The translations under genes and the position numbers were made by a program. From the NCBI GenBank assembly GCA_963677495.2, contig CAXXOU010000004.1, forward strand, positions 1,441,726 to 1,505,725: a stretch of 64,000 nt of DNA. The letters are read 5' to 3'. Source of the DNA: Candidatus Cloacimonadales bacterium (GTDB taxonomy: Bacteria > Cloacimonadota > Cloacimonadia > Cloacimonadales > JAFGVF01). The notes under the pieces are model-generated. The model saw only the letters and a list, made by a program, of their open reading frames with translations. It ran no database searches and was not told where the DNA came from. Positions 32,542 through 43,131 of the stretch are shown piece after piece. How positions within the stretch are numbered: the stretch's first letter is position 1; the number at the start of each line of letters is the position of its first letter.

Positions 32542-33003
32542 ATGAAAGTAACAATGTGCTTCCCGTTCCTTACATGGAGCGGATCCCGAGACAAAACAAC
32601 CTATGCAGCTTTGCATGATGATGCAGTTTGCATTGCAAAAGAGTATTCAGCTCCGCCTTATTCCAGTCAAAACCAAACAATGGGACTTATATCAAAGAAC
32701 CTTGGAACCGTTTACGATAGTTTCGATTCCGGTTGGATTGATGATCTCAAAACCTATACCCAACGCTTTGAGACTGATGTTGTAGGTAAGTTCGACATAC
32801 CCCCTACATATTACGCTCTCTATAGCAAGATGTGGTGGAATGTCCATAAGGATGATCCAACTATTGACCTGAAGACTGTTACATTTGCTGATATCCAACT
32901 CTTGGATATCGGGATTCAAACAGTGAAGGATGCGATTGATAATGGCTTCCTTCCTAAGGTCAGCAAGTATGATGATCTTACAAACAGCTACAATGGTGGC
33001 TAA
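32542..33003 (+). CDS. Uncharacterised ~150-aa multicopy family, paralog C
   Basis: AGGAGG RBS before MKVTM; WIDDLKTY, KMWW, PTIDLKTVT, TVKDAIDNGFLP. Confidence 0.87.
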   Translation: MKVTMCFPFLTWSGSRDKTTYAALHDDAVCIAKEYSAPPYSSQNQTMGLISKNLGTVYDSFDSGWIDDLKTYTQRFETDVVGKFDIPPTYYALYSKMWWNVHKDDPTIDLKTVTFADIQLLDIGIQTVKDAIDNGFLPKVSKYDDLTNSYNGG

Positions 33004-33017
33004 GTAAACTAAGTAAA

Positions 33018-33500
33018 GGCTGTTGTTCTGCAACAGCCTTTTTTTATGGAGTGCACCAACTACGTAGGTGCGTCTTGTCACGAAACCCGTACCTTCGGAA
33101 TGGTCGCAGACCTTGCGAATGGTGCTTCCTCATTCCATACCTTCGGAATGGTCGAAGACCTTGCGAATGGTATACTCCGAAGAGAAAACACCCCGCCGTA
33201 AACGGCACCTCTCTACAAGAGGGGAATTATTACCGAATGTGCAATTTGACAGTAGTTAACCACGGAATACACGAAAGGACACTAAATAATGCAAATCCCT
33301 TTTCGCGCAGTTCGTGCCTTTCGTGGTTAGTGTATTAGAGTACCTTTCGAAGAAGAAACACCCCACCGTTAAAACGGCACCCCTTCAGTCTTCGCCAAAG
33401 GCTACGCCCCGACAGGTCAGTCTACGCTTAAAGCTACGCCCTGACAGGCTGAGAGGGGAATTACATTTCGAAGGTCTGCGACCATTCGAAAGGTAGAATT
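33018..33500. repeat. Composite repeat block, copy 2
   Basis: Near-identical to 22547-22965 with reordered sub-modules; begins at the terminator of paralog C. Confidence 0.85.
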
Positions 33501-33715
33501 AACCGTCACACTCCGCTATTCCCCAACTTCCATCTAGGATAAGAGTAGTGTCTACCGGGTACTATGGCATCCTGTCGGCTCTCTTTCCCGGCAAGATGCC
33601 GGGGTACCCAGTGAAATCCCGGCAAGATGCCGGTCTACCCGGTGAGAGAGAGATTATCATTGACACAAACCCCTATTCTACAAACTGGTACAAATTATTG
33701 ATAGTTGGAGAGCTT

Positions 33716-36307
33716 ATGAAAAGAATAGTATTGTTGCTTACAGTTTTAATGATTGTAACAGTGGCATTCAGTCAAGAGATGCTTCGTGAAGTACTTCCAA
33801 ATGGAATGGAAGTAGTAGTTAAGAAAAATGACATGAACAACTCTGCAGGTGTTTATTGCTTCGTAAAGACAGGGTCTTCTTTCGAAGAGGAGTTCATGGG
33901 TTGTGGTCTTTCACATTATCTTGAACACCTTGTTTCTAGTGGTACAAACAAGTTTAGAACTGAAAAAGAGTATCAAGAAATCTATAAAAGAGATGGTCTT
34001 ATCTCTAATGCTTACACAAGTACTAATGTTACTGCATATCACTTAACAGGAGAAGCTACTCATGTTGATTCTATGATTACTTACATCTCTGAGATGGTTA
34101 CAGCTTGTGGACTAGATCAGTTTGAAGTTGATAGAGAGAAAGAAGTTATCCTTAAAGAGATTGTATATAGAAGTTCACCAATGCGTGCCCAAACTCGTCA
34201 GAGAGGAAGTGAGATCTTCTATCCTAACTCTCCGATTAAGAACCCAATCATTGGTTATGTTAACCTTTTTAAAGATGTTACCCGTGATGACCTTGTAGAG
34301 TATTACTCACGTCATTACGTACCAAACAACATGATTCTTGTAGTTGTTGGTAACATTGATGTTAACAGCACAATGGCACACATTGAAAAGACTTATAAGA
34401 AGTTTGAGCGTCAGAGATATAATCCTGTTGTGCTAACAAAACAACCGGGATACGAAGGGAATCATACTGTTATTCAAGAGTTTGATACTGAGAGTTCAAG
34501 CGTAACGATTAAGTATATTCTTCCGGGTGTTACAAATGCTGAAGTGAAAGCTCTTACAATGGCACTCCATAACATTGCCGGACCAAGGAAAGCTCCTCTC
34601 TCCTACCTTCTCAAAGAGGAGAAGAAGCTTGTTCAATACATTCAAGCTTTCGCATCTCCTGAATCAAGAGAGAAATATCCTGAAGTAAGCATCTATTTTG
34701 CTCCTTATAACCCTGCTGATATTAATGAGATTGTTGATTTAATCGATAGTGAAATAGAAAAACAGCTTGAGATAGGCTTAAGTGCAAAAAGAGCTCAAGA
34801 TTTTGTGGGCAGATATAAAGCATGGTCAGTAATGAAGAGCGAAGACGCTGATGCCGAATGTAATACTATCGGAAGAAACATGGTCAATTACGGTGTACCT
34901 TTCACTTTAAAAGATGATATCGAAGTATATGAAACAATATCTACTAATGATATGGAACAAGCACTTAGAGATTATGTTCTACCTAAGAATAGGATGGTAT
35001 ATTGTGCTGTACCAAACGGGGCTACTGAATTAGTTGAAGGAAAGAATGATGCTGTAGCTCATAAAGGTGAGTTTAACCGTGTTATTGATAGTAAGAACGT
35101 ATCTCTCATGATTAAAGAAAACCATTCTAAACCAATAATAGATGTGGTAATAAATCTTTCAGTCTCTTCTGACTTTGAAAATGCAAAGACCCAGAATAGA
35201 TTTGATGCTGTAGCTGAAATGCTTATGTCAGGTTCTAAGAATTATGATGCTCTCGACCTTACTGAATGGTTTGAGAATCATTTAACATATCCTGAAGTTG
35301 TAGTTTTCCCACGTGGCTTACAGATCAGTTTCAAATGTCTTAAGGATGATTACACAGCAATCCAAGATATTATTATTGATGCTTTAAACAATCCTTCTTT
35401 CGATGAGAATGAAATTGAAATGTACCGTCAGGGATTACGCTCAGAACTTCAAAGATTACCGTCTAATGCCGGAGCGAATCACCGAGATTTCAGAAACAGT
35501 GTTCTCTATCCGGGGACAAAGAACGGTATAGCCAGAGAAGATGTACTCAAAGACAGAATCGCAATGGAAAAGAAAGATTACGAACACATCTTTAAAAAGT
35601 ATTTCCATGGAGAGAAGATTATTGCAGTCTATGTTGGTGATATAACCGAAGATGAAGCAAAGCAATATGTAAATACACTAAGTTCAGGTTTGAATATGAA
35701 GAAAGTTAAAGGTAAGAAGACAAAACTTTCTATCCCTGATCTAGACGGTGTTTATGAAAATCCATATAACTTTGAACAAGTCAATGTAGATGTTAACTTC
35801 AAAGCTCCTCTTCGCACAGACAAAGATTACTTTGCATACTATGTAATGACTCAGCTACTCACAGGTAGCACAGGTAGATTACACGAAGCAACTCGTGGTG
35901 TTAAAGACCTTGCATACTTTGCTCATGCATCATACTCAGCAACTCCTGATTATGGCTTTATGCGCATCACATCTCAAACATCAGTAGATAAGAAAGATGA
36001 ACTTGTAAGGGTTGTTAACGAAGAGCTTGATAAACTGCAAAATGAACTCGTTACTAAAGAGGAAATAGAACTCACAATTGATGAGTATGAAATGCAGATT
36101 GCTTCAATGATTACAGACGAAAACATTGCAGGCTTCATCATGAGCAAAGAGATTTATGACCAACGTTTCGAAGATAGAGATAAAGAAGTTGCTAGATTCA
36201 AGAGCGTTACTCCGGAAGAAGTAAAAGCTGTTGCTAAGAAGTACCTGAACAATAGAGCTGTGTTTGTTTCATTCCCTAATGATGATGTAAAGAAGCTTGT
36301 TGATTAA
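33716..36307 (+). CDS. M16 (pitrilysin) family zinc peptidase, secreted
   Basis: Inverted zinc motif HYLEH, SNAYT, HYVPNNMILVVVG; start refined to MKRIVLL (signal peptide, GGAG RBS). Confidence 0.93.
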   Translation: MKRIVLLLTVLMIVTVAFSQEMLREVLPNGMEVVVKKNDMNNSAGVYCFVKTGSSFEEEFMGCGLSHYLEHLVSSGTNKFRTEKEYQEIYKRDGLISNAYTSTNVTAYHLTGEATHVDSMITYISEMVTACGLDQFEVDREKEVILKEIVYRSSPMRAQTRQRGSEIFYPNSPIKNPIIGYVNLFKDVTRDDLVEYYSRHYVPNNMILVVVGNIDVNSTMAHIEKTYKKFERQRYNPVVLTKQPGYEGNHTVIQEFDTESSSVTIKYILPGVTNAEVKALTMALHNIAGPRKAPLSYLLKEEKKLVQYIQAFASPESREKYPEVSIYFAPYNPADINEIVDLIDSEIEKQLEIGLSAKRAQDFVGRYKAWSVMKSEDADAECNTIGRNMVNYGVPFTLKDDIEVYETISTNDMEQALRDYVLPKNRMVYCAVPNGATELVEGKNDAVAHKGEFNRVIDSKNVSLMIKENHSKPIIDVVINLSVSSDFENAKTQNRFDAVAEMLMSGSKNYDALDLTEWFENHLTYPEVVVFPRGLQISFKCLKDDYTAIQDIIIDALNNPSFDENEIEMYRQGLRSELQRLPSNAGANHRDFRNSVLYPGTKNGIAREDVLKDRIAMEKKDYEHIFKKYFHGEKIIAVYVGDITEDEAKQYVNTLSSGLNMKKVKGKKTKLSIPDLDGVYENPYNFEQVNVDVNFKAPLRTDKDYFAYYVMTQLLTGSTGRLHEATRGVKDLAYFAHASYSATPDYGFMRITSQTSVDKKDELVRVVNEELDKLQNELVTKEEIELTIDEYEMQIASMITDENIAGFIMSKEIYDQRFEDRDKEVARFKSVTPEEVKAVAKKYLNNRAVFVSFPNDDVKKLVD

Positions 36308-36326
36308 TAGATAAATTATTTAATTG

Positions 36327-36357
36327 AAAGGGAGAAGCGAAAGCTTCTCCCTTTTTT
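36327..36357 (+). terminator. Intrinsic terminator
   Basis: AAAGGGAGAAGC-GAAA-GCTTCTCCCTTTTT. Confidence 0.85.
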
Positions 36358-36630
36358 ACATTATGAACTGCATCAACTGCTTGTCAGGGCGTAGCTTTTA
36401 GCGAAGACTGATGTAGATGCACCTGCCACTCAATCGCTTTTATGGGCTTTGTCAGATGCGAAGCTTGCGTAGCGGGAACGGGCTTCATTAAAATGCAAAC
36501 AACTAGGCTAACCTCCATACGGTTATTAAGCCAGTTTAATAAGTGCCACAGGACAAACCGACACAGTCGGTTAAATCCATAAAAAAGAGGAGAAGGCATT
36601 GCCTACTCCTCTTAGTTTGATTTCAAGGAA

Positions 36631-39465
36631 CTATTTCATGAGTATCATTTTGTTTGTTTTTGAACTATTGTCTGTTGTTACTCTATAGAAGTAAAGTCCT
36701 GATGCGACACTATGATTATTGCGATCCTTGCCATTCCAGTTAACGTTATGGGTCCCTGAATGATAAGTTTCGTTAGTAAGAGTTGTGACTTTCTGACCTC
36801 TGGCATTAAAAACTGAGATATTGACATTTGTACTCTTTGGAATGCTAAAGGAGATAGTTGTTGAAGGGTTAAAAGGATTAGGATACACTGAAGTTTCAAG
36901 ATTAGTTACTTGTGGAATTTCTTCATCTTCAACTTCAGTAATACTATTCTCTCGTCCCGGTGTTCCATTATCAGCTGAAGCAACCCAATTGGTAGCTTCA
37001 GCATTATTAGCTAAAGCATCAGTTAACTCTAGAGTTGCGCCAAAACCATCCGGTTCTGTTGGCCATAGACCTTCATCATCATAGATGACCTGATCCACGA
37101 CTGTACCATCAGCCATAAGGATTCTAACAGTGTCACCACCACTACCAAGCCCAAACTCAAAGTTTCCAATAAAGTTTGCTACACTTGGGAATAGTGAAGA
37201 GAACAAGGCAGTATCTGCACAAAGCACTAAGTAACCATCTGCATCTATTACTGTACCATCAGGGATAAGATAGATATGCGTATCATCTTCATCTCTGAAT
37301 TCCCAACCTGAAATATCTATAGAGCTATCTGTTGGATTATATAACTCTATCCAGTCTTCAGTATCGAATGTATCAGAAGAGTTATAATTAATCTCATTTA
37401 TAACTATCATTGGAGCATCGAAGTTACGAGCACCGGGAGTTCCGCTTCCTGTGGAAGCACTCCAGTTTTCTGGGAGTTCATTATCATAAGCAGGATCTAT
37501 AAGGGCAAGAGTTGCACCTGTTCCATCTGCTGCTTCTGGCCAAGGAGCTGAGTCATCATAAGTTAAAGAATCGATAATAGTGTTACTGCTATCGAATAAT
37601 CTTACTGCATCTCCCCCGCTTCCAAAACCGAATCCAATATCTCCAATATAGTTTGTCACATCCGGGAAAAGAGTTGTGAATGCAGCACTATCAGCACAAA
37701 GTACTAAATAGTCATGTGATTCAATAGTATTACCGGCAGGTATCTCAAAGACATGCTCATCATTGTCATCTTTAAGCATCCAACCTGAAAGGTCTAAGGA
37801 AGTATCACCGGGATTATACAGTTCTACCCAATCACTTACTGCAAAGTCATCAGATGAGTTATAGTTAATCTCATTGATCACTACATCACCGGTTTCAGTT
37901 GTAGCATGAAGAGTTAAGAATTCATGAGCAGCAGTTGCTGGATAGAAAGCTCCTTGTGTAGATGATTCTGCCCAAGCATAATATTGGATTTCACCTGAAC
38001 CAATGATAACACTATTACCAAAGACTCCATCGTTTGCTGCACCATCATCATGATTTCCATCATCATAAAGAGCGAGCTTTGTAAATGGACTTGAATCATC
38101 CTGTCTATAGGCAAGCTCCACCGCAATGGCATCTTGAACATTCACTCTGAATGTTAGTGAGTTTCCGGCAACAGGTACAACAGGTGATGTTGTAATCTCG
38201 TTGATTGTGGGTACTGTTCCAGAGAAGTAAGATGAACTTAGAAGATAAGAAACACGTGAATCCATCAAACTGCTAAGCCCAATTTTACTCTGACCTCCAC
38301 CGGGACCACCACCACTTGAAATATCGGTAGTGATATTATTTACGAAGTTGGTATAAGTATAGAACAAGTTAGGATCGTTTTGTACATAAGGACCAACAGT
38401 GCTTTGTAATTCCTGTGCTTCAGTAATATACCAATCATTCTCGAAATTTTCTTCAATCATTGTACGCATATGGGCTATGTACATCTTCTGATGAGTATCA
38501 TCTTCAAGTACTCTACTTATAATTGGGAAGTAGTTACTTGTACTATGCCAATATGGGCTCAGGTTTCTTAAAGAAGCTGAACTTAACTGTCCACCAGCTA
38601 AATCCCTTGCAAAAATACCGAAGGATTCATTTAAATCCCAAATGATAGTGTTGAATCTATCAGATTCATCTTGTAGGAGATAATAGTTGTGGTTAAAATT
38701 AATCGGTGAATCAAGGTTAACTATCAAGTTGTTAAAGGCTAAGAACCATAGGTGTTGATCTAAGTCCATATATGAATCAAAGTTATCATCATTATGATAG
38801 CTATAGAGAAAATCAGTGAGGTCTGTCCAATCAGTGTCATCACTATCTAACTCAAAATATGTTGAATAGTAGGATGAATTTGTACCATTGTAACCCCAAA
38901 CTGTAGACACCTGGTTGTTATCGTAAGCTCCTTTTATTCTAGCTTTATTGGAAGTGTTTAGATTAGAGGAAACGAATTCTCCATCCACATCCTGAACACT
39001 TGTGTAAACACCAAGCTGTACATCATTAACATAGACGACTGCATAGTTTGCTTTGCTTGCAGGCATATACTTTCTGGCAATCTTATAACCGAGAACTTCT
39101 CTTACTAATGAAGGGTCATTGTATCCGTTTGAAAGCTTCAATTTGTCATATTTACCATCAATCGCTTGGTCTTCAATGACATAATCAAGCTTAATATTCA
39201 AAGGGTTCTTATCCCTGTTTGAAGAGTATGTACTATTGCCTTTATAGCGAACTCCAACGCTATCATAAACAACATCATTAACAATTAGGGTTCCGAGTAA
39301 CCGGTCCTCATTTCCTTGTGAATAAAGCTGATCTAACTGATAATCCCAGTTGGAGTCCTCAAAATAGATTTGAATTGTGTTAACAACGTCAGTGTCGTAA
39401 AATCCGGCATTCAGAGCTGTGAACAGTGTAGTAAGTAGTAGTAGTGGTAGAAGTATCTTTTTCAT
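36631..39465 (-). CDS. CotH kinase-family protein with two lamin-tail domains and a FlgD/T9SS-like tail
   Basis: VGVRYKGNST, HNYYL, IIWDLNESFG; two VINEINYN..DW(V/I)ELYN LTD repeats; YPNPFNPSTTISF. Confidence 0.9.
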   Translation of the reverse strand: MKKILLPLLLLTTLFTALNAGFYDTDVVNTIQIYFEDSNWDYQLDQLYSQGNEDRLLGTLIVNDVVYDSVGVRYKGNSTYSSNRDKNPLNIKLDYVIEDQAIDGKYDKLKLSNGYNDPSLVREVLGYKIARKYMPASKANYAVVYVNDVQLGVYTSVQDVDGEFVSSNLNTSNKARIKGAYDNNQVSTVWGYNGTNSSYYSTYFELDSDDTDWTDLTDFLYSYHNDDNFDSYMDLDQHLWFLAFNNLIVNLDSPINFNHNYYLLQDESDRFNTIIWDLNESFGIFARDLAGGQLSSASLRNLSPYWHSTSNYFPIISRVLEDDTHQKMYIAHMRTMIEENFENDWYITEAQELQSTVGPYVQNDPNLFYTYTNFVNNITTDISSGGGPGGGQSKIGLSSLMDSRVSYLLSSSYFSGTVPTINEITTSPVVPVAGNSLTFRVNVQDAIAVELAYRQDDSSPFTKLALYDDGNHDDGAANDGVFGNSVIIGSGEIQYYAWAESSTQGAFYPATAAHEFLTLHATTETGDVVINEINYNSSDDFAVSDWVELYNPGDTSLDLSGWMLKDDNDEHVFEIPAGNTIESHDYLVLCADSAAFTTLFPDVTNYIGDIGFGFGSGGDAVRLFDSSNTIIDSLTYDDSAPWPEAADGTGATLALIDPAYDNELPENWSASTGSGTPGARNFDAPMIVINEINYNSSDTFDTEDWIELYNPTDSSIDISGWEFRDEDDTHIYLIPDGTVIDADGYLVLCADTALFSSLFPSVANFIGNFEFGLGSGGDTVRILMADGTVVDQVIYDDEGLWPTEPDGFGATLELTDALANNAEATNWVASADNGTPGRENSITEVEDEEIPQVTNLETSVYPNPFNPSTTISFSIPKSTNVNISVFNARGQKVTTLTNETYHSGTHNVNWNGKDRNNHSVASGLYFYRVTTDNSSKTNKMILMK

Positions 39466-40061
39466 CCTGTTCCTCCCATGTTTTTAGTTCCTACCTAAGT
39501 TGACATAGAATCGTAAGATACCCTTCACATTTTGTTAACAATTGCATTAGATAGCTATCTGTCTTTCAATTATTTTAAGCTAGTTTCCCTACCACTCCGT
39601 TCATTTCGTTTCACTGCATTCAGCTTCGCTCTGGGTGACAATGTTATGGGATTTGCATCAGCAAATCCTAGTGCCATGCTTGTCATCCCGATCGAGTGAG
39701 GATACGAACGAGTAGAGGGAACTTTCCGATAACTGTAGTTACCCATTTAAAGAAGAACTATTTTCCGATAGGAAAACATTGAAAGATAAGTCAACACTTC
39801 AAACGTTATTCCACTAACAGTCGGTTCGACTTCGTTCATTTCGTTACACTGCATTCAACTTCGTTCAGGGTGACATACACAGTGCGATTTGCAATAACTT
39901 ACAGCATTTCAGGGAGTTTGTCAGCCTGATAAGGCTACGGACTTCCTAAAATGCACTTTGAAGTCGCAATTCCCTGATTCGTTCTCGCGTCACGCTATCG
40001 CTGCAACGCAAGTCCGAAATAGATATACACAGTGCAATTTGCAATAACTTAGCAACATTTA

Positions 40062-40225
40062 TTGCCCTTTATACTCCCTTTTACTGCTCTATCCATCAAC
40101 GCACTGCGTCTGCACTGTGTCCCCACTGTGAAGGCACTGCCAACCCACTGTTTCAGTGGGTGCACAGTGCGTGCACAGTGGGAAAACAGTGGGATGACTG
40201 TGTTTTGATTGATAGTTTAATAGTA
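40062..40225. repeat. Phased CACTG palindromic element, copy 2
   Basis: Matches 5095-5260. Confidence 0.8.
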
Positions 40226-40354
40226 GTGAATTACATCTGAGAAGATACAACTACTACTTACATAATAATGAGCTAGACTTTTACATATTGATGCCGGAAA
40301 CTGAAAAACCCTTCCTCTATTGAGAAAGGGTTTAATGTATAAAAAAATATTATC

Positions 40355-41056
40355 TTATTTTGAATTTGGATTCCAGTGAAAATCTAATCCATTATGATCT
40401 TTTTGAGCAACAAAGTATTCAATCTGGGTTTCACCGGTTTGATAATCCTTCATATAGACCATTGTTGTATCCAAATCAGTTATCTCAGTAGCATTTCCAA
40501 ACTCATCATAGACAAAATACTCTACTTCAGGATAAAGATTGATAAATGGCTTTTTATTAGCACTTCTCAAAGAGCCATTTAACATAACTTCATTTGGAAC
40601 ATGTGTAGTTAATAAGTAGAACATACGTTCAATGCTATTAATAATAACCCCATCTTCAGAAGTTGTTAACCTGTAGATATACATCTCGCTAGGAACATCA
40701 TTCCCAAGATAATCTTTACCATCCCAGCTTATAGAATGATTACCTTGAACTATTTCTTCGTTAACAAGAGTATCAATTACAGCATACTCAATATCAAATA
40801 TAGTTAGATTTACATGTGATGTTTCTGAAATACTATACATGATATTTGTGGTTGGTCTATCTTTATCTAAATCAAGATACTCAACTTGATCAGCCATGCT
40901 TTTATTGAAGAAGAATATATCAATTTGCTCCGGGACATCATCACCGGAAAGCTCTACTCTTAAAAAATTGTTATTATCATTCTCACTACTACCACAACCA
41001 AGCAATATTATCACTAAAATAAGTAAAATACTACATCGATACAATAAAGTCTTCAA
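40355..41056 (-). CDS. Lipoprotein with FlgD-Ig-like domain
   Basis: Lipobox LLGC; HSISWDGKDYLGNDVPSEMYIYRL. Confidence 0.75.
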   Translation of the reverse strand: MKTLLYRCSILLILVIILLGCGSSENDNNNFLRVELSGDDVPEQIDIFFFNKSMADQVEYLDLDKDRPTTNIMYSISETSHVNLTIFDIEYAVIDTLVNEEIVQGNHSISWDGKDYLGNDVPSEMYIYRLTTSEDGVIINSIERMFYLLTTHVPNEVMLNGSLRSANKKPFINLYPEVEYFVYDEFGNATEITDLDTTMVYMKDYQTGETQIEYFVAQKDHNGLDFHWNPNSK

Positions 41057-41300
41057 CTAACTTACCTCCAACATACAATTTATCAGGCTTTGAAGGAGCT
41101 CCATCTTTAATAATCTTCTCATTGTCTCCCTCAAGTTTCAATCTCCAGATCTCCCACAATCCATCTTTCTGAATCAAGCAGAAAGTAAGACTCTTTCTTA
41201 TGAAATCACTAATAATGAAGTCAATTTCTTCTAATGGTTCAGCCTTTGTGACAGGAATGCAAAACTCTTCACTCTTAAATACAAATTCACCCTTTTCCAT
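41031..41300 (-). CDS. Hypothetical protein
   Basis: GAGG RBS; lies in the mre operon tail and overlaps the next gene. Confidence 0.6.
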   Translation of the reverse strand: MEKGEFVFKSEEFCIPVTKAEPLEEIDFIISDFIRKSLTFCLIQKDGLWEIWRLKLEGDNEKIIKDGAPSKPDKLYVGGKLVEDFIVSM

Positions 41301-41311
41301 AGTTACCTCGC

Positions 41312-41896
41312 TTAATTAAGGAATTCATGTACTTTAAAGCACCCTACATCATCAATCCAAATAGATTCATTCTGATAAGATGGGATAATAAAGATAATCC
41401 TTCCATATCTTGCAGTTGACTTGAATAATCCGGCACTTATCTCTACCGGCATCCATGATCCCTGTGGTTTCACAGGAACACTGATTTTGTCCTTTAATTT
41501 GCCCTTTTTATCGTAAGATCTAAATTCCATTCTTATTGTAGATTTATTTGCATCAGTGGATTTGATATTTCCCTTAACATAATATCCACCCAGATTCTCA
41601 ATATCAAATGACTCAGAAACGATAAGCTTTCTTTGTCCTGATGGTTCGATCAATAAAGAGTTCTTACCATCAGCAGATGTATCTTCAGCAATCTTCAATA
41701 CTTCAATACTTTTATCCTTAGCCATAATAAACCATGGACTAACAAAGTCATCATTATCATTTATCGAATTTTCAAAACTCCCGTTAATTATTAGGTCGGG
41801 CTTACCTATAGAGCTTTCCTCTTTAAATAGAATAGAGTTTTTTACTACACATCCGGAAAGCATCAAAACTGACAATATCAAACCAACAATTCTCAT
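41312..41896 (-). CDS. Lipoprotein with CBM4/9-like carbohydrate-binding fold
   Basis: Lipobox LSGC; LIINGSFE start and IWIDDV end motifs. Confidence 0.7.
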   Translation of the reverse strand: MRIVGLILSVLMLSGCVVKNSILFKEESSIGKPDLIINGSFENSINDNDDFVSPWFIMAKDKSIEVLKIAEDTSADGKNSLLIEPSGQRKLIVSESFDIENLGGYYVKGNIKSTDANKSTIRMEFRSYDKKGKLKDKISVPVKPQGSWMPVEISAGLFKSTARYGRIIFIIPSYQNESIWIDDVGCFKVHEFLN

Positions 41897-41910
41897 CTAA
41901 ACCTCACGCA

Positions 41911-43131
41911 TCACTTTAGCAGGCCTTTTTCCAGTCTAAATTTTAACATCAAACCAACTGCAACAGTATTTATCAGTAAATTACTCCCACCATAACTGAT
42001 AAAAGGCAGTGGAACACCCGTAGTAGGCATAATCCCAATGTTCATTCCAATATTTACAAAAAACTGAAATGCAAGGTAACATATTATACCAACACTTGCT
42101 ATTTTTCTATCCCTAACAATTATTTTGTCAATGTTTTTAATTAACTTTATCAAAAAAACTGTATATATGATTATCAGCAGTCCTGCACCCCATAATCCAA
42201 ATTCCTCCCCTACTACTGAGAATATGAAGTCAGTGTGCTTCTCTGGCAAGAAGTCCATATTCTTTTGTGTACCAAGCAAGAAACCCTTACCGTACAAGCC
42301 TCCTGAACCTATTGCAATCTTTGCTTGAATTACCTGATAACCGGCACCTAAAGGGTCATGATTAGGATTTAAAAATGTCAGAATCCTACCCTGTTGATAT
42401 GGTTTAAAACTACTCCAAATAATCGGTATAATAAAGAATATTACAATATTTACAAGATTTACAAGAGCGTTTATTGGCCACATAATTCCCTTTCTATGGA
42501 TAAATACAATTAGTGAGATTATGAATAGAATAAACAATATATTGTTGAACGATAGGAATACTGAAAGAATCGGACTGATAATCATTAACAGATAAACAAC
42601 CGGAACACCGGCTGCTGCATACATAGCAAAAAGTATTACCCAAAAAACTATTGTAGTACCAAAATCAGGCTCAATTAGGATTAACAATATTGGAAGGACT
42701 GCAGGTATTAACCCCTTCCAAAGAATCTCAACTTCTGTTATATGTCGCTTAGAGATAACTTTCGAGACTATCAATATCATTGTAAGTTTTGCTAATTCTG
42801 AGGGTTGAAACGATAGTGGACCTAAGATAAACCAGCGATGTGAACCATTAATCTTTGGCATAAACAGGACTACAACAAGCATCAATAATGATAAAATGTA
42901 ACCCGGTATGTAGAATGCTTCTAGTAGAGGAAGTGGCGTATATATTATAACTAGCAACGCCACAAAGCTAACCACAAAGAAAATTGATTGTTTAAGATAG
43001 AACATGTTTGTTGTTAACTCATCACCAACTTTGGTTGATGAAGCTGTATATATACAGAATATTCCAACAAAAACTAGTAAGATATATAAAGCTAAACCAT
43101 AATAATCAAAGTTCTTCTTAAAGTTTGCCAT
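41911..43131 (-). CDS. rodA: Rod shape-determining SEDS protein RodA
   Basis: GSHRW, FQPSELAK, EPDFGT, GYQVIQAKIAIGSGG, LPEKHTDFIF, LPFISYGGS; follows mrdA. Confidence 0.95.
   Translation of the reverse strand: MANFKKNFDYYGLALYILLVFVGIFCIYTASSTKVGDELTTNMFYLKQSIFFVVSFVALLVIIYTPLPLLEAFYIPGYILSLLMLVVVLFMPKINGSHRWFILGPLSFQPSELAKLTMILIVSKVISKRHITEVEILWKGLIPAVLPILLILIEPDFGTTIVFWVILFAMYAAAGVPVVYLLMIISPILSVFLSFNNILFILFIISLIVFIHRKGIMWPINALVNLVNIVIFFIIPIIWSSFKPYQQGRILTFLNPNHDPLGAGYQVIQAKIAIGSGGLYGKGFLLGTQKNMDFLPEKHTDFIFSVVGEEFGLWGAGLLIIIYTVFLIKLIKNIDKIIVRDRKIASVGIICYLAFQFFVNIGMNIGIMPTTGVPLPFISYGGSNLLINTVAVGLMLKFRLEKGLLK

Noticed and set aside
33548..33715. N-terminal extension of the M16 peptidase in the ORF track
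   Set aside because: Runs through REP hairpins; the RBS and signal peptide point to ATG 33716
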